Source: Candidatus Gastranaerophilales bacterium
GTDB lineage: Bacteria; Cyanobacteriota; Vampirovibrionia; Gastranaerophilales; Gastranaerophilaceae
DNA length: 64,000 nucleotides
Direction of reading: 5' to 3'
Assembly (NCBI GenBank): GCA_944325705.1
Contig: CALVBB010000001.1
Span: 67,223 to 131,222, forward strand
How positions within the stretch are numbered: the first letter of the stretch is position 1; the number at the start of each line of letters is the position of its first letter. The notes beneath the pieces were generated by a model. It was given only the letters and a program-made list of their open reading frames with translations. It made no database searches and was not told the DNA's origin. A program made the translations under genes and the position numbers. This document shows, piece by piece, positions 25,616 through 35,333 of the stretch.

Positions 25616-26764
25616 TTAATTGTTTGTATTAACAGGATTCATATTGTTTAAACTGTTCATCATAGAATTCATCATCATTGCCTGAATAACTTTCGGGTCA
25701 ATATTCTGACCGTTGTTAGCGTTCATCATATATGGAAGCATATACATCATAGGATCAGGGCTTGTATTATTTCCTCCGTTAAGCATCATGCTCATCTGCT
25801 GCATTTGCAGATCCGGAGTGTAAGCCATAGGGTTCTGTGCCGGCTGAACTTTAGGTGTCTGCGCTGCAGATTGTGCTTTCTGAGCGGCTTCTACCTGAGG
25901 CTCTGTTTGAATGGATGCTGTTTGTGCCGATATATTTACTCCCGCACGCTTTAATACATCCAGAGCTTCTAATACTTCGGAGTTTGAAGGTGTTTTAGAG
26001 TTTTTTTTTGAGCCGTTGTCTGCAAATGCCAGTTTATCAGTTGAAAGAATTTGTGATTTATTAAGCTGTTTCATTTTTTCAACTTCTTCCGGAGTAAGGG
26101 TTTTTCCGTTATTAATTTTGTTCTGGATTGCTCTGAGCTGCATTTTTTTCCAGTCTGTATTAAACTCGTCAGAAAACCCGTTGCCATAAGGCGATGCTAT
26201 AAATTCATCCATCTCGTCTGTTCCTTCTCCTGTTGAAGCACCTGTGCAGGAAGCATCTCCGTTTACGCAGGCTTTCCCTCTTACCGAGTATTCAACAAGC
26301 ATAGGATTTTTATTCAGGTTGATTACTCTCTGGTAAGCTGCAAGAGCCTGATCTTTCTTTCCTGCCTTTACGTAAGACATAGCAAGATAGTAGTATGCAA
26401 GTGAATTTTCAGGTTCTTTCTTCAATATGGAATATAGTTCCTGAATGCAGCCTGTGTAATTATGTTTTTTATACTTGGCTACAGCACTTTTCATTGTGGC
26501 TTTAGGATAGTATACCGGCAGTTCTGTATCTCCGAAAATTTGTTCATCGGTTACGGGCTCGCTTTCATCAATTGAAGGCTGCTGCTGAGCCTGTTCAGCC
26601 TGTTCACGCGCTTCTCTTTCACGTTTAAGCTGTTCTTTGCCTTTGTACAAATTTTCACCCGGAATACCTTCCGCATACGATAGGCTTGTCAGCTGTATGC
26701 CGGCTGCTGAGGTGAACATTATTGCTGCAATTAGTAAAGCCAGTTTTTTATTCATTTTCATCAT
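25616..26764 (-). CDS. Secreted TPR-repeat protein with a Q/N/M-rich C-terminal tail
   Basis: 382 aa with a signal peptide and TPR segments (AYYYLAMSYVKAGKKDQALAAYQRV). Confidence 0.6.
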   Translation of the reverse strand: MMKMNKKLALLIAAIMFTSAAGIQLTSLSYAEGIPGENLYKGKEQLKREREAREQAEQAQQQPSIDESEPVTDEQIFGDTELPVYYPKATMKSAVAKYKKHNYTGCIQELYSILKKEPENSLAYYYLAMSYVKAGKKDQALAAYQRVINLNKNPMLVEYSVRGKACVNGDASCTGASTGEGTDEMDEFIASPYGNGFSDEFNTDWKKMQLRAIQNKINNGKTLTPEEVEKMKQLNKSQILSTDKLAFADNGSKKNSKTPSNSEVLEALDVLKRAGVNISAQTASIQTEPQVEAAQKAQSAAQTPKVQPAQNPMAYTPDLQMQQMSMMLNGGNNTSPDPMMYMLPYMMNANNGQNIDPKVIQAMMMNSMMNSLNNMNPVNTNN

Positions 26765-26863
26765 CCTTCTCTTCCTAATTTAATGATTTTTTTTATAAAA
26801 TCAAGTTTCTCTCTTATTATTATATAACATTTTCGGGAAAGTTTCTAGTATAAATATATGATT

Positions 26864-27415
26864 TTATCTCAAACTGAATTTACATCCGCAGTAATTCTGT
26901 CTGTAAAGCCCGAGTTCTTTTGATATTTTGTTAGTTTTTAGAAATCCGTCTTTTTTCTTAAAATCTATGTCAAGGTAATTAAGATTGTATTTTTGCGCAA
27001 TATCTTTGCCGAGGGCGGACAGAAGTTTAAAATTTTTGTGCGGGCTAATGACTATTGAGGTTGAGAAATTTTCAAATCCGTTTTCTTTTGCATAAGCAGC
27101 TGTGTTTTCAAGCCTGAGCTTAAAGCATTCTGTGCAGCGTTTCCCTTTTTCAGGTTCATTTTCGAGTCCTTTTGCAGCCGTATAAAATTCTTCCGGATTG
27201 TAAATTTCTTCAATTAATTCAACCCCGAGGCTGCGGCAGAGTGTTCGTTCTGCGTCCAGTCTTTTTTGATATTCAGTATCCGGATAGATATTCGGGTTGT
27301 AGAAGTAAACACTGACAGAGTACCCTGCATCTTTCAAAAAAGACACAGGGTATCCAGAACATATTCCGCAGCAGGCATGAAGCAGTATTTTATTTCTTTT
27401 TTCCACCTTTTTCAA
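26864..27415 (-). CDS. queH: Epoxyqueuosine reductase QueH (DUF208)
   Basis: 183 aa. Has LLHACCGICSGYP, RCTECF and NYCGCKFS cysteine motifs. Confidence 0.8.
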   Translation of the reverse strand: MKKVEKRNKILLHACCGICSGYPVSFLKDAGYSVSVYFYNPNIYPDTEYQKRLDAERTLCRSLGVELIEEIYNPEEFYTAAKGLENEPEKGKRCTECFKLRLENTAAYAKENGFENFSTSIVISPHKNFKLLSALGKDIAQKYNLNYLDIDFKKKDGFLKTNKISKELGLYRQNYCGCKFSLR

Positions 27416-28598
27416 TTACCCATTTCTTTAAGTCCGGATAGGCTCTGAGTCCTATGTAGACATCGTTTCCTATTTTCATTGACGGGGTTGCATTGATGCC
27501 CTGTTTAAAGCTTTCGTCAATTTCATCAAGTATCTGTTGTCTAATTTCAGGACTATCTGCATCTTTTTTGAGTTGTTCCATATTCAGACCGAGATCTTCT
27601 GCAATTTTGAGCATTTTTTGTTCGTCAAAAGGTTCGTTTGCAGGAATGTTCTGGAAAAATGCGTTATCTATATCCCAGAGTTTTCCCTGTTTCTGTGCTG
27701 CAAGCGCATATCTGGCCATTTTGCAGGAGCCGTCATGGTAAGGCTGTGTGAGATATTTATTGCATTCTGTATCAAGCGGAAGATTTTTATGTATGATTTT
27801 AATATTTTTAATTTCTTTTGCAAGTTTATAAATCATCATGTTGTGAACTTTGCAGATAGGGCAGCGGTAGTCTGTGTATGAATAAAATATAATCTCTGCA
27901 TTTTCGTTTCCGAGAATATTACCGGAAACTGCATATTTATTTGTTTTTGCTTCAATAAATTCTTTGAAGCCTCTTGCATTTTTTACCTGCGGTGCAAATT
28001 TCATTGTGACAGTTGTGTATGTAAGCCCTCCTGCGGCAAGAAGCATTACAACGATAAACGCAATAAGGTAAGCTTTATTTTTTATTGCCTCAAGAAAATC
28101 TGTAACGCTCTGTTTGAAGGCTTTTACAACTCCGCCGTTTTTGTAATCCAGCGCGGTGAGTGCAATAAGTAAGTCAATAACATAAGTCAGCGCGCAGAGG
28201 ATACACAATTTTTTTATCTCAAAAAGGCTTATGCAAAGCAAAATCATTGAAATTGAAAATGCGATTATTCCTAGTGAGGCTATATAATCCAGCGGATTTT
28301 TAAACACTTCCATAAATTTAAAAAGTTTGATGTTTTTAAGTTTGTCTGCAATTAGCATAAGAAATATGAAAGCATATAAAAACAAGCCCCAGTAAGCAAG
28401 CGGTATCCCGAAAAACTGGGATTCCGGAGTTCTTGCAACACCGTCGCAGTCAATCAGATCATTTACCGAACAAAAACTCGGCAGCGCATAAGGATTAAAG
28501 TTTGCTTCGTGATAAATTACGGCAAGTTTTATTGTTGTTAAAAATCCTATCAATGCAAGTACAAAAACAGCTATCTTCTTCTTAAGTGTGGTTTCCAT
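27390..28598 (-). CDS. VKOR-family membrane protein fused to a DsbA/thioredoxin-like domain
   Basis: 402 aa. Has the VKOR loop CSVNDLIDCDGV, the CILC motif in a TM helix, and a C-terminal YRCPIC thioredoxin-fold motif. Confidence 0.8.
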   Translation of the reverse strand: METTLKKKIAVFVLALIGFLTTIKLAVIYHEANFNPYALPSFCSVNDLIDCDGVARTPESQFFGIPLAYWGLFLYAFIFLMLIADKLKNIKLFKFMEVFKNPLDYIASLGIIAFSISMILLCISLFEIKKLCILCALTYVIDLLIALTALDYKNGGVVKAFKQSVTDFLEAIKNKAYLIAFIVVMLLAAGGLTYTTVTMKFAPQVKNARGFKEFIEAKTNKYAVSGNILGNENAEIIFYSYTDYRCPICKVHNMMIYKLAKEIKNIKIIHKNLPLDTECNKYLTQPYHDGSCKMARYALAAQKQGKLWDIDNAFFQNIPANEPFDEQKMLKIAEDLGLNMEQLKKDADSPEIRQQILDEIDESFKQGINATPSMKIGNDVYIGLRAYPDLKKWVIEKGGKKK

Positions 28599-28687
28599 TA
28601 TTATATTCTCCTATTCCATAAGGCTATTTTACAATCTTTATTATTATAAATCAATACCGGAAAGTAGTAAAAATATTCTCAAAAACA

Positions 28688-28716
28688 TTGATTAATCTTT
28701 TGTTTTAATATATAAT
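28688..28716 (+). promoter_or_regulatory. Candidate sigma70 promoter
   Basis: TTGATT-N17-TATAAT, 17 nt upstream of the ATG at 28733. Confidence 0.5.
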
Positions 28717-28732
28717 CTATTTTGAGGTTTAG

Positions 28733-29482
28733 ATGAAGAAAAATATTTTTAACTTATTTCTGAGTAAATTGCTTGAGTATCCCCTCTGGGTTAAGCAGGT
28801 AGTATATTTAAAACTGCATCATAATATGCAGAACTATCACTGTGAGCGCTATATTGTTAAAAATTCCGATAAATTGTTTTCTACTTTTGTGCCGACTGTA
28901 ACTTTTATGGGCAAAACTGAAATGTGGAATAAGATGAGCGGGCTGGATACTAATATTTATAATTTTTTAAACCTCTGTTATGAAGGATATAGTATACTTG
29001 AAATTTCCCTTAATACATTTCTTTCAATGGAAGAAGTTGCTAAGCACTGTATATTCTGTATTGAGCAAAATTACATAGAAGTTCCTGACAGTGCGGAAAT
29101 TCTTGCAATGGCGGGATTTATTGCAGGAAAATTTAAAACCGGTGAATATTACAGAATTAACGGCTCTATAACCATAGATCAGCTGGATTATGCTATTATG
29201 GAGCAGCGCCGGCTTGATGACAGGATGGAGCACAAACTTTTCGGAAAAGTTCTTGTAGATTTAGGTTTTGTTACAGAAGAAAACGTAAAAACCCTTTTTA
29301 TTCTCAAAAATGATGCAAGAAGAAGATTTATTCTCGACAGTGACAAAATGGTATCTGCAAGACTCCCTGATCAGGAAAGAGAAGATTACGACAACGAGAT
29401 TGAAGAACTTAAAAAGGAAAACAAAGCTCTTAAACAAAGATTGATGCAGTTATTAGATCTTGTAAAGGATAAATATGATTAG
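28733..29482 (+). CDS. Hypothetical protein with a GspE/MshE-N-terminal-like segment and a coiled-coil tail
   Basis: 249 aa. LFGKVLVDLGFVTEENV resembles the T2SSE N-domain motif. Confidence 0.5.
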   Translation: MKKNIFNLFLSKLLEYPLWVKQVVYLKLHHNMQNYHCERYIVKNSDKLFSTFVPTVTFMGKTEMWNKMSGLDTNIYNFLNLCYEGYSILEISLNTFLSMEEVAKHCIFCIEQNYIEVPDSAEILAMAGFIAGKFKTGEYYRINGSITIDQLDYAIMEQRRLDDRMEHKLFGKVLVDLGFVTEENVKTLFILKNDARRRFILDSDKMVSARLPDQEREDYDNEIEELKKENKALKQRLMQLLDLVKDKYD

Positions 29483-30422
29483 TGAACCGGAACTTTTAGT
29501 TAAATATATAAGAGATGGGCTTGTTGAGCAGGCACATTCAGGTTTTGTATTAGTTTCTGATAAGGAACATGTTATAGACAGTAACGGCGAAACTAACGGG
29601 TATCCTTTCTATCTGCGTTCCTGTGCAAAACCTTTGCAGGCTGCACTTATTATTGATTACGGTATGGATATTAAATACAATATGACACAGGAAGAAATTG
29701 CTCTTTGCTGTGCTTCTCACGCCGGTGAAAAAATTCATGTTGAAACTGCGGTTAATCTTTTAAAAAAAATAGAGCTTGATGAAAGCTGCCTGCACTGCGG
29801 TTTGCATAAACCTATATCGAAAACCGAACAGGAAAAGCTTCTTCTGGAAGGCAAAAAAGAAAATATTTTCCAGAACAACTGTGTCGGTAAGCATATTATG
29901 ATGCTCGGGTTATGTAAAATGAACAACTGGAATTTGTCTGATTACGAAGATAAAGAGCATCCGCTTCAGGTTGCAATCAAAAAGCGTATTTCAGAGTTGT
30001 GCGGTCTTAAAAAAGAATACCCTGTGACAAAAGACGGTTGCGGTGTGCCTATTATGTCTATGCCTCTTGAAAATATGGCAAAGGGGTATTTGAATCTCTT
30101 TTGCAATCCGCGTTATGAAAAGATTAAGCTGGCGTTTCTTAATTGTCCTTACATAATCGGCGGTGAAAACAGACTGGATACAAAAATTATGGAAAATTCA
30201 GATAAACTTGTTGCAAAAGTCGGTGCTGGCGGACTATGTATAGTTGTTAATACAGAAACAGAAGAAGCTCTTGTTGTCAAAATCTGCGACAGTGATATGA
30301 AAGCACGTGAACTTGTTGTTCTTGATAGTCTTAAAAACCTCAGGTGGGCTAATATAGACGCCGACCATTCCATAAAAACACTTCACGGTGAAACGGTCGG
30401 CGAAATTGTTACCTGTTTATAG
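29475..30422 (+). CDS. Asparaginase II-family protein (PF06089-like)
   Basis: 315 aa with LRSCAKPLQA and CCASHAGE motifs. Confidence 0.7.
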   Translation: MISEPELLVKYIRDGLVEQAHSGFVLVSDKEHVIDSNGETNGYPFYLRSCAKPLQAALIIDYGMDIKYNMTQEEIALCCASHAGEKIHVETAVNLLKKIELDESCLHCGLHKPISKTEQEKLLLEGKKENIFQNNCVGKHIMMLGLCKMNNWNLSDYEDKEHPLQVAIKKRISELCGLKKEYPVTKDGCGVPIMSMPLENMAKGYLNLFCNPRYEKIKLAFLNCPYIIGGENRLDTKIMENSDKLVAKVGAGGLCIVVNTETEEALVVKICDSDMKARELVVLDSLKNLRWANIDADHSIKTLHGETVGEIVTCL

Positions 30423-31596
30423 TTTTTATTTTCCCGTCTGAAAATTCAAGTGCCTCTTTGTTGTAGCCTGCAAGCTGATTTAAGAAATACTGTTGCTGGG
30501 AAATTTTTGGATTTTTTAGCTTTTTATATCCCAGTGCACACTCTTTGCGCAGAAGTTCTACGCCATGGTTGTAAACCTTTTGCTGGGTGTTTATTATGGA
30601 CTGCGGAACGCTGCCTTTATACATTTTTGCAGCAGTAGAAATATCAAAGAGGCGACGTTTGCTTAATCCGCTCATTTCTTTGCCTTTCTGCGTCTTGTTG
30701 TTTGTCATAAGATTAATTGCAGCCTCATATTTACCGCTTTTAAGGGTCCAGACGAGGCCTTTTGTATCTTCAATTATTGCGGTGCCTTTATTGAAAGTCA
30801 TATCAAGAAGCGCTTCTTTTATACTCTGCGGAAGTTTGTCATAGTTCTTTTTACCGCCGAGAACGCTCCAGAGGTTTTCTTCCATTTTAAGCATATCATT
30901 TACAAACAGTTCAAGTACTTCTTTGTTGGAAAGTCTTGTTTTTTCGCCTCTTTGTAAGACATGTCCGATACCTATTGTCCTATTACCGGCGTCATCTATG
31001 TATGGAGTGTTATGGAATTGAGTGTCGGTAAAAGGTTTCCCGTCGGATTTGTTGCCGTCTTCAATTCTTTTTAACCTTTTTATAAAATCAGCGCTCACCC
31101 CCATTGCTTTTGCTGCATCGTTAAGATTATTAATGTTTTTTGCGTGTCTGCTGTCCGGAATTTTTAGAACATCACCGGGCTGTAATCTTGTTGCTGTCTG
31201 TTCATTCAGTCCGTTCAGGGATAGAATGTTTCTTTCTTCAACGTCAAATTTTCTTGCTATTGCCGAAGGGTTGTCGCCTTTTTGGATAGTGTAAGGCTGG
31301 TGTCTGGTTATTTTTATATATCGGGCTCTTGTGTTGTTCTGTTCAATTTGGGCATCAGAAATCTCGGGCATCATGGAAATCTCGTTCCGGTCTGTTCTGG
31401 TACCGCCTGACGGAATTGTCAAAATTTGACCGATAGAGAGTGTGTTTCCTTCGAGATTGTTGGCTCTTTTTAAATCTTCGACGGAAATACCGGCTGTTTT
31501 TGCAATAGAATATAGGGTTTCGCCAGCTTTAACTTTATGACCTTCTGGTTTTTGCTGCGGTGACTGACTTTTAAAATTAAAATTAATTTCTGTCAT
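30409..31596 (-). CDS. LysM-domain GH24 (T4-type) lysozyme
   Basis: Starts at the ATG at 31596 (RBS AAAGAGG). Has two LysM repeats, then IEDG...YIDDAGNRTIGIGH. The longer track start overlaps the upstream gene. Confidence 0.75.
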   Translation of the reverse strand: MTEINFNFKSQSPQQKPEGHKVKAGETLYSIAKTAGISVEDLKRANNLEGNTLSIGQILTIPSGGTRTDRNEISMMPEISDAQIEQNNTRARYIKITRHQPYTIQKGDNPSAIARKFDVEERNILSLNGLNEQTATRLQPGDVLKIPDSRHAKNINNLNDAAKAMGVSADFIKRLKRIEDGNKSDGKPFTDTQFHNTPYIDDAGNRTIGIGHVLQRGEKTRLSNKEVLELFVNDMLKMEENLWSVLGGKKNYDKLPQSIKEALLDMTFNKGTAIIEDTKGLVWTLKSGKYEAAINLMTNNKTQKGKEMSGLSKRRLFDISTAAKMYKGSVPQSIINTQQKVYNHGVELLRKECALGYKKLKNPKISQQQYFLNQLAGYNKEALEFSDGKIKTINR

Positions 31597-31609
31597 TCCA
31601 AACCTCTTT

Positions 31610-33481
31610 TTACTTAAGCATAGTTTCTTCAATTGCATTAGCAATACATTCCGCATATTTTTTCTGGTCAAAGTCTGAAAGCAGCGAATTTGTAATTTTT
31701 TCATTTGCAATGTTACCTATTTCAAGCAGTGATGAAGGGATTCCTTTAGCTGCTCGGTTGACATATAGATTATCCTGATCGGGAGCCGGTGTTAAAGCTC
31801 TGAACCCCTGATTTACATGTTTATAAATATTATCGGCAAGTTGTTTATCAATATCTTTTGTGTATCTGACAGTACATTTTTTTTCATCAGGTTTTTCCTT
31901 GGCTGATTCGACATGGACTGACAGAAATAACATATTGGATTTATCTGTGGAAGCCATTAAATCTCTTACACTGTCATCACCTTTTTTGCCCTCAAGCATA
32001 TTTTCAATATATTTTTGGGCAGCCATTCCGCCGTTTCTTACTGCACCGGATACTATAACTACGCTGGCACCGCGGCTTCTGAGATTATCGGAAAGCTTTT
32101 CAACATAGCTCTGGGCAACCCGCCATTCTTCAATCGGCATTTCTTCTCCTTCTGCATTTTTAACTGAAAGAACAGTACCGGCATCAAAATAGCCGTTTGC
32201 CTGTTGATAACCGCCATGTCCGGGGTTCAGTATAACAACTTTCCCGTTTAAACTGCCGCCGGATGTGGGTTCCAGCACCTCTGTTACCGCTTCAATTTTT
32301 CGGGTTTCGGTGTTGTAATTAGGAAGAGGCCGCATTATAAACGGATTTTTAACATCTTTAAAACCTTTATCTCTTTTGCCTCCGCTGATGGCCCAGGATT
32401 TTAATGTTCCGGCATTTACGTAGTTGCCCTCCCTGTCTTTTATAGAGGTCATTGTTGACGGGGTAATATCTTTACTTTTACCTCCGTTTGTCGAGTAGAA
32501 AATTTCATTTGGATAAGCTTTTCCGCTCAGGTGGGAAGCTGCGCTTCCGGTGTTGCCGGTGCGTGTTTTTGCGGATTTTTTCACCGGGGTTCCGTTGCTT
32601 TTTTCGGGATTTATCATTCCGTCAATGATTTTGTCCATTTTTTTTGTTGAGACAAAACCCCAGGAATCAAATTCATCATTAAGCTCTTTTATAAATTCTT
32701 CTCTTAAATTTTTGCTTGAATTTCCTGTTTCTTCTGCAACAAGGTCGAAAATTTTTGTCATGGCAGCTTTTCTTGCATCTTTGCTGCTGCTCCATTCGTC
32801 AGAAATCATATTAATTAAGCTTTTGCCGTTTTCTTCCCTGAAATTTTTAATAACATCAATGACGTTATTTTTGTTAATTTGTTTAAATACTTTATCAAAT
32901 GCTTCTTTTCCTACAGCTCCTCTGTAGTCATCGGCAGCCTGTTCCAAACCTGCTGCAATTTTTTCTGCACTCATAGAAGTCGCTTTAGGCGCAGGTTTTG
33001 GCTTTGGTGCAGCCTGTTTAGGTGCGGCTTTTGCAGGGGCTGCCTTTTGTGTTGATTTTGCGGCTTGAGACGGCTTTTGTTTGTTTTTGTTAGGAAAAAC
33101 ATAAAAGTACTCGCCTTTTTGCGGTTTGTAATTTTCTTTTATGCCGTTTAATTCGGTGAATTCTTTAAGAGTCATACCGTTTTTGCGGGCAAGTGCGGCA
33201 AGCCCCATTCCACTTTCTATTTTTGCTGTCGGAATATTTTTAATAACCTGACCTTTTTGAAGTGTATCTTTTGTAAGTCCTGTCATGTTTTTAAAATCTG
33301 TCAGTGACATTTTAAATTTTTGAGCGATTGCAAACAAACCTTTTTCGCTGCCGCTCAGACTTACAATATATTCTCCTCTTGCCTTTGCCTCTTTTTTTAA
33401 TTTTTCTGTATCTGTCTGCTGTGTTGCTGCTGATTTTTTAGCAGAGGCTGTGCTTTCGATTTTTAATTCCATTCCATACAC
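31610..33481 (-). CDS. LysM-domain N-acetylmuramoyl-L-alanine amidase (Amidase_3)
   Basis: 623 aa. Has N-terminal LysM repeats, an A/P/K-rich linker, and C-terminal VVILNPGHGG ... SVHVES. Confidence 0.75.
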   Translation of the reverse strand: MYGMELKIESTASAKKSAATQQTDTEKLKKEAKARGEYIVSLSGSEKGLFAIAQKFKMSLTDFKNMTGLTKDTLQKGQVIKNIPTAKIESGMGLAALARKNGMTLKEFTELNGIKENYKPQKGEYFYVFPNKNKQKPSQAAKSTQKAAPAKAAPKQAAPKPKPAPKATSMSAEKIAAGLEQAADDYRGAVGKEAFDKVFKQINKNNVIDVIKNFREENGKSLINMISDEWSSSKDARKAAMTKIFDLVAEETGNSSKNLREEFIKELNDEFDSWGFVSTKKMDKIIDGMINPEKSNGTPVKKSAKTRTGNTGSAASHLSGKAYPNEIFYSTNGGKSKDITPSTMTSIKDREGNYVNAGTLKSWAISGGKRDKGFKDVKNPFIMRPLPNYNTETRKIEAVTEVLEPTSGGSLNGKVVILNPGHGGYQQANGYFDAGTVLSVKNAEGEEMPIEEWRVAQSYVEKLSDNLRSRGASVVIVSGAVRNGGMAAQKYIENMLEGKKGDDSVRDLMASTDKSNMLFLSVHVESAKEKPDEKKCTVRYTKDIDKQLADNIYKHVNQGFRALTPAPDQDNLYVNRAAKGIPSSLLEIGNIANEKITNSLLSDFDQKKYAECIANAIEETMLK

Positions 33482-33593
33482 CTCTATTAACTTCTACACA
33501 GAAAAAATAACGGCAACTAAAAAATAAACTTTAAAAAATAAAGCAGTTTTTTTACATAATTTTACAATATGGAAATTAAAAGACGATAAGACG

Positions 33594-34244
33594 CTAAGTA
33601 TTAAAAATTCTATCGCCTGCATCGCCCATTCCCGGAAGAATATAGCCTTTGTCATTCAGGTGATCGTCAACCGCCGCTGTGATAATTTCAATATCCGGAT
33701 AAAGTTTGTGGATATTTTCAAGTCCTTCAGGCGCCGCGATTATGCAGATTATCTTAATATTATCAATAGGAATGCCTTTTTCAGCATAGAGTTTTATTGC
33801 CTCGATGAGTGTATTTCCTGTCGCAAGCATAGGATCTGTAAGGTAAATATAAAATTTTTCAGGCTCAGGTGCTTCCATCGGAACCTTATTATAGTACCAG
33901 ACAGGCTTAAGGGTTTTTTCATCCCTGTACATTCCGATATGCCGGATACAGGCCTGCGGAAGTATATCGATTGCCTCATCAGTAAAAATTAAACCGGCTC
34001 TTAAAATTGGCGAGATAATAAGGTTTATGTCAGGGTCAATTGTTTTTGTAGTAAATTCCATTAATGGGGTTGTTATTTTTATATCAACGAGCGGAAGATT
34101 TTTGGCAGCTTCATACAGAAGACAGCGTGTAATCTTCCTTGTGGCAATCCTCACCCCCTGCGAGTCTGTGTTTTTGTCGCGCATAGTACAGAGATTCTGT
34201 AGAATTACCGGATTATCAATTATTCTTACCTTCGCTTTGTTCAT
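33594..34244 (-). CDS. upp: Uracil phosphoribosyltransferase
   Basis: 216 aa with DPMLATGNT, the PRPP motif, and GMGDAGDRIF. Confidence 0.9.
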   Translation of the reverse strand: MNKAKVRIIDNPVILQNLCTMRDKNTDSQGVRIATRKITRCLLYEAAKNLPLVDIKITTPLMEFTTKTIDPDINLIISPILRAGLIFTDEAIDILPQACIRHIGMYRDEKTLKPVWYYNKVPMEAPEPEKFYIYLTDPMLATGNTLIEAIKLYAEKGIPIDNIKIICIIAAPEGLENIHKLYPDIEIITAAVDDHLNDKGYILPGMGDAGDRIFNT

Positions 34245-34869
34245 CTTTTTTTAACTCCTTTATTAGATTTTTAAATTTCAGGCGGTTTTGTCTGACAAGT
34301 TCAAGCTTTTCATCAAGATTGTCAAGGTTTTGCTGCTCATCCTCGATGGATACAGGTTCTTTAACAGGTGCAAATGCCGAAACCTCGCCCATAAAATGAG
34401 AACATCTTACAATGATTGAGCCTAGTTTATTAAACATGTCATCAAGGAGACTGAGTGCTTCGTTGAGGCGCATAGGCTTATTGACTGCAATAAGTTTGTT
34501 GGAAGCAAGGCTTTCTTTTGTCGGCTCGTAAAGTTCAAGTGATTTTGACCCCCCGAGTCCGTTAAATTCTACGGTTGCAATAACACCTTTGGGCAGGGTA
34601 AGATTTTTGTCCTCAAGTACAAACTTTACATAAACATGGTCTGCAACAATCTTAACTTTTTCAACATGTCCTATTTGCAGCCCCATCATTCTTACCGGCG
34701 AGCCAACAATAAGCCCGTCAACGTCTTGCAGAAATATTTGGTAAGTCTTAAGCTCTGCCTTCTTTTTGTAATTGTGATACCGGATGCCTCCTATAACAAG
34801 CGTCAGTATCAGCATCCACACAATTGCCTCTAGCCATAAAAATAATTGAAGCTTTGCTTTTTTATCCAT
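34216..34869 (-). CDS. MlaD/MCE-domain protein
   Basis: 217 aa. N-terminal TM followed by the VDGLIVGSPVRMMGLQIGHVEKV MCE pattern. Confidence 0.65.
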   Translation of the reverse strand: MDKKAKLQLFLWLEAIVWMLILTLVIGGIRYHNYKKKAELKTYQIFLQDVDGLIVGSPVRMMGLQIGHVEKVKIVADHVYVKFVLEDKNLTLPKGVIATVEFNGLGGSKSLELYEPTKESLASNKLIAVNKPMRLNEALSLLDDMFNKLGSIIVRCSHFMGEVSAFAPVKEPVSIEDEQQNLDNLDEKLELVRQNRLKFKNLIKELKKDEQSEGKNN

Positions 34870-35010
34870 GCCATAATTATACCTTAAGCCGGATTTTTTT
34901 ACTACTTGCGAAAAATTTTTTTATATTATATTATTAAAATACTAAAGGTGATTTGTACGCGGGATGCGTATACGCAAGCCGCAAACCGGATTAGAAATGT
35001 GAGGTTTAGA

Positions 35011-35250
35011 ATGGAACAGATTATAAAAGTAGCCTGGGATTTGAATGAAAATACCGAAAACAGATACCAGCTTGTTTATGAGATTGCAGAACTTGCAAAA
35101 AAATTAGTTGATGAAAATCAGGCTAAAAAAGCTCATGATGATTTTGTTTTTGAAGAAAATTACGATACAGGATACACAAGAGAAAATCCTGTGGAACATG
35201 CCATTATGGTAAAAGCATCTGAAGCTGATGATAACCGTCTGGTAGGTTAA
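35011..35250 (+). CDS. rpoZ: Possible RNA polymerase omega subunit
   Basis: 79 aa from the ATG with a GTGAGGT RBS. NRYQLVYEIAELAKKL resembles the omega signature. Confidence 0.45.
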   Translation: MEQIIKVAWDLNENTENRYQLVYEIAELAKKLVDENQAKKAHDDFVFEENYDTGYTRENPVEHAIMVKASEADDNRLVG

Positions 35251-35274
35251 TAAGTTTTTTAGAAGTTTGTAAAT

Positions 35275-35313
35275 AGCGGAATATTCAGCCATAAGTTGTT
35301 GTTCCGCTTTTTT
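35275..35313 (+). terminator. Rho-independent terminator
   Basis: agcggaa/ttccgct stem followed by TTTTTT. Confidence 0.65.
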
Positions 35314-35333
35314 AGTGATTAGGGAGTGTTTAT

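Noticed and set aside
31597-31710. The long track start of the lysozyme gene (433 aa), which overlaps the amidase gene by 101 nt
   Set aside because: An internal ATG at 31596 has an AAAGAGG RBS and begins 13 nt after the amidase stop. The extension is basic junk read from the other gene's 3-prime end.
30409-33481. A prophage or lysis cassette, suggested by the GH24 lysozyme and amidase
   Set aside because: No holin, terminase, portal, capsid, tail or integrase genes are nearby, and housekeeping genes lie on both sides.
33585-33595. An 11-mer, aagacgctaag, at the upp stop that recurs as its reverse complement at 43488-43498
   Set aside because: It is a single short match with no extended similarity, consistent with chance.
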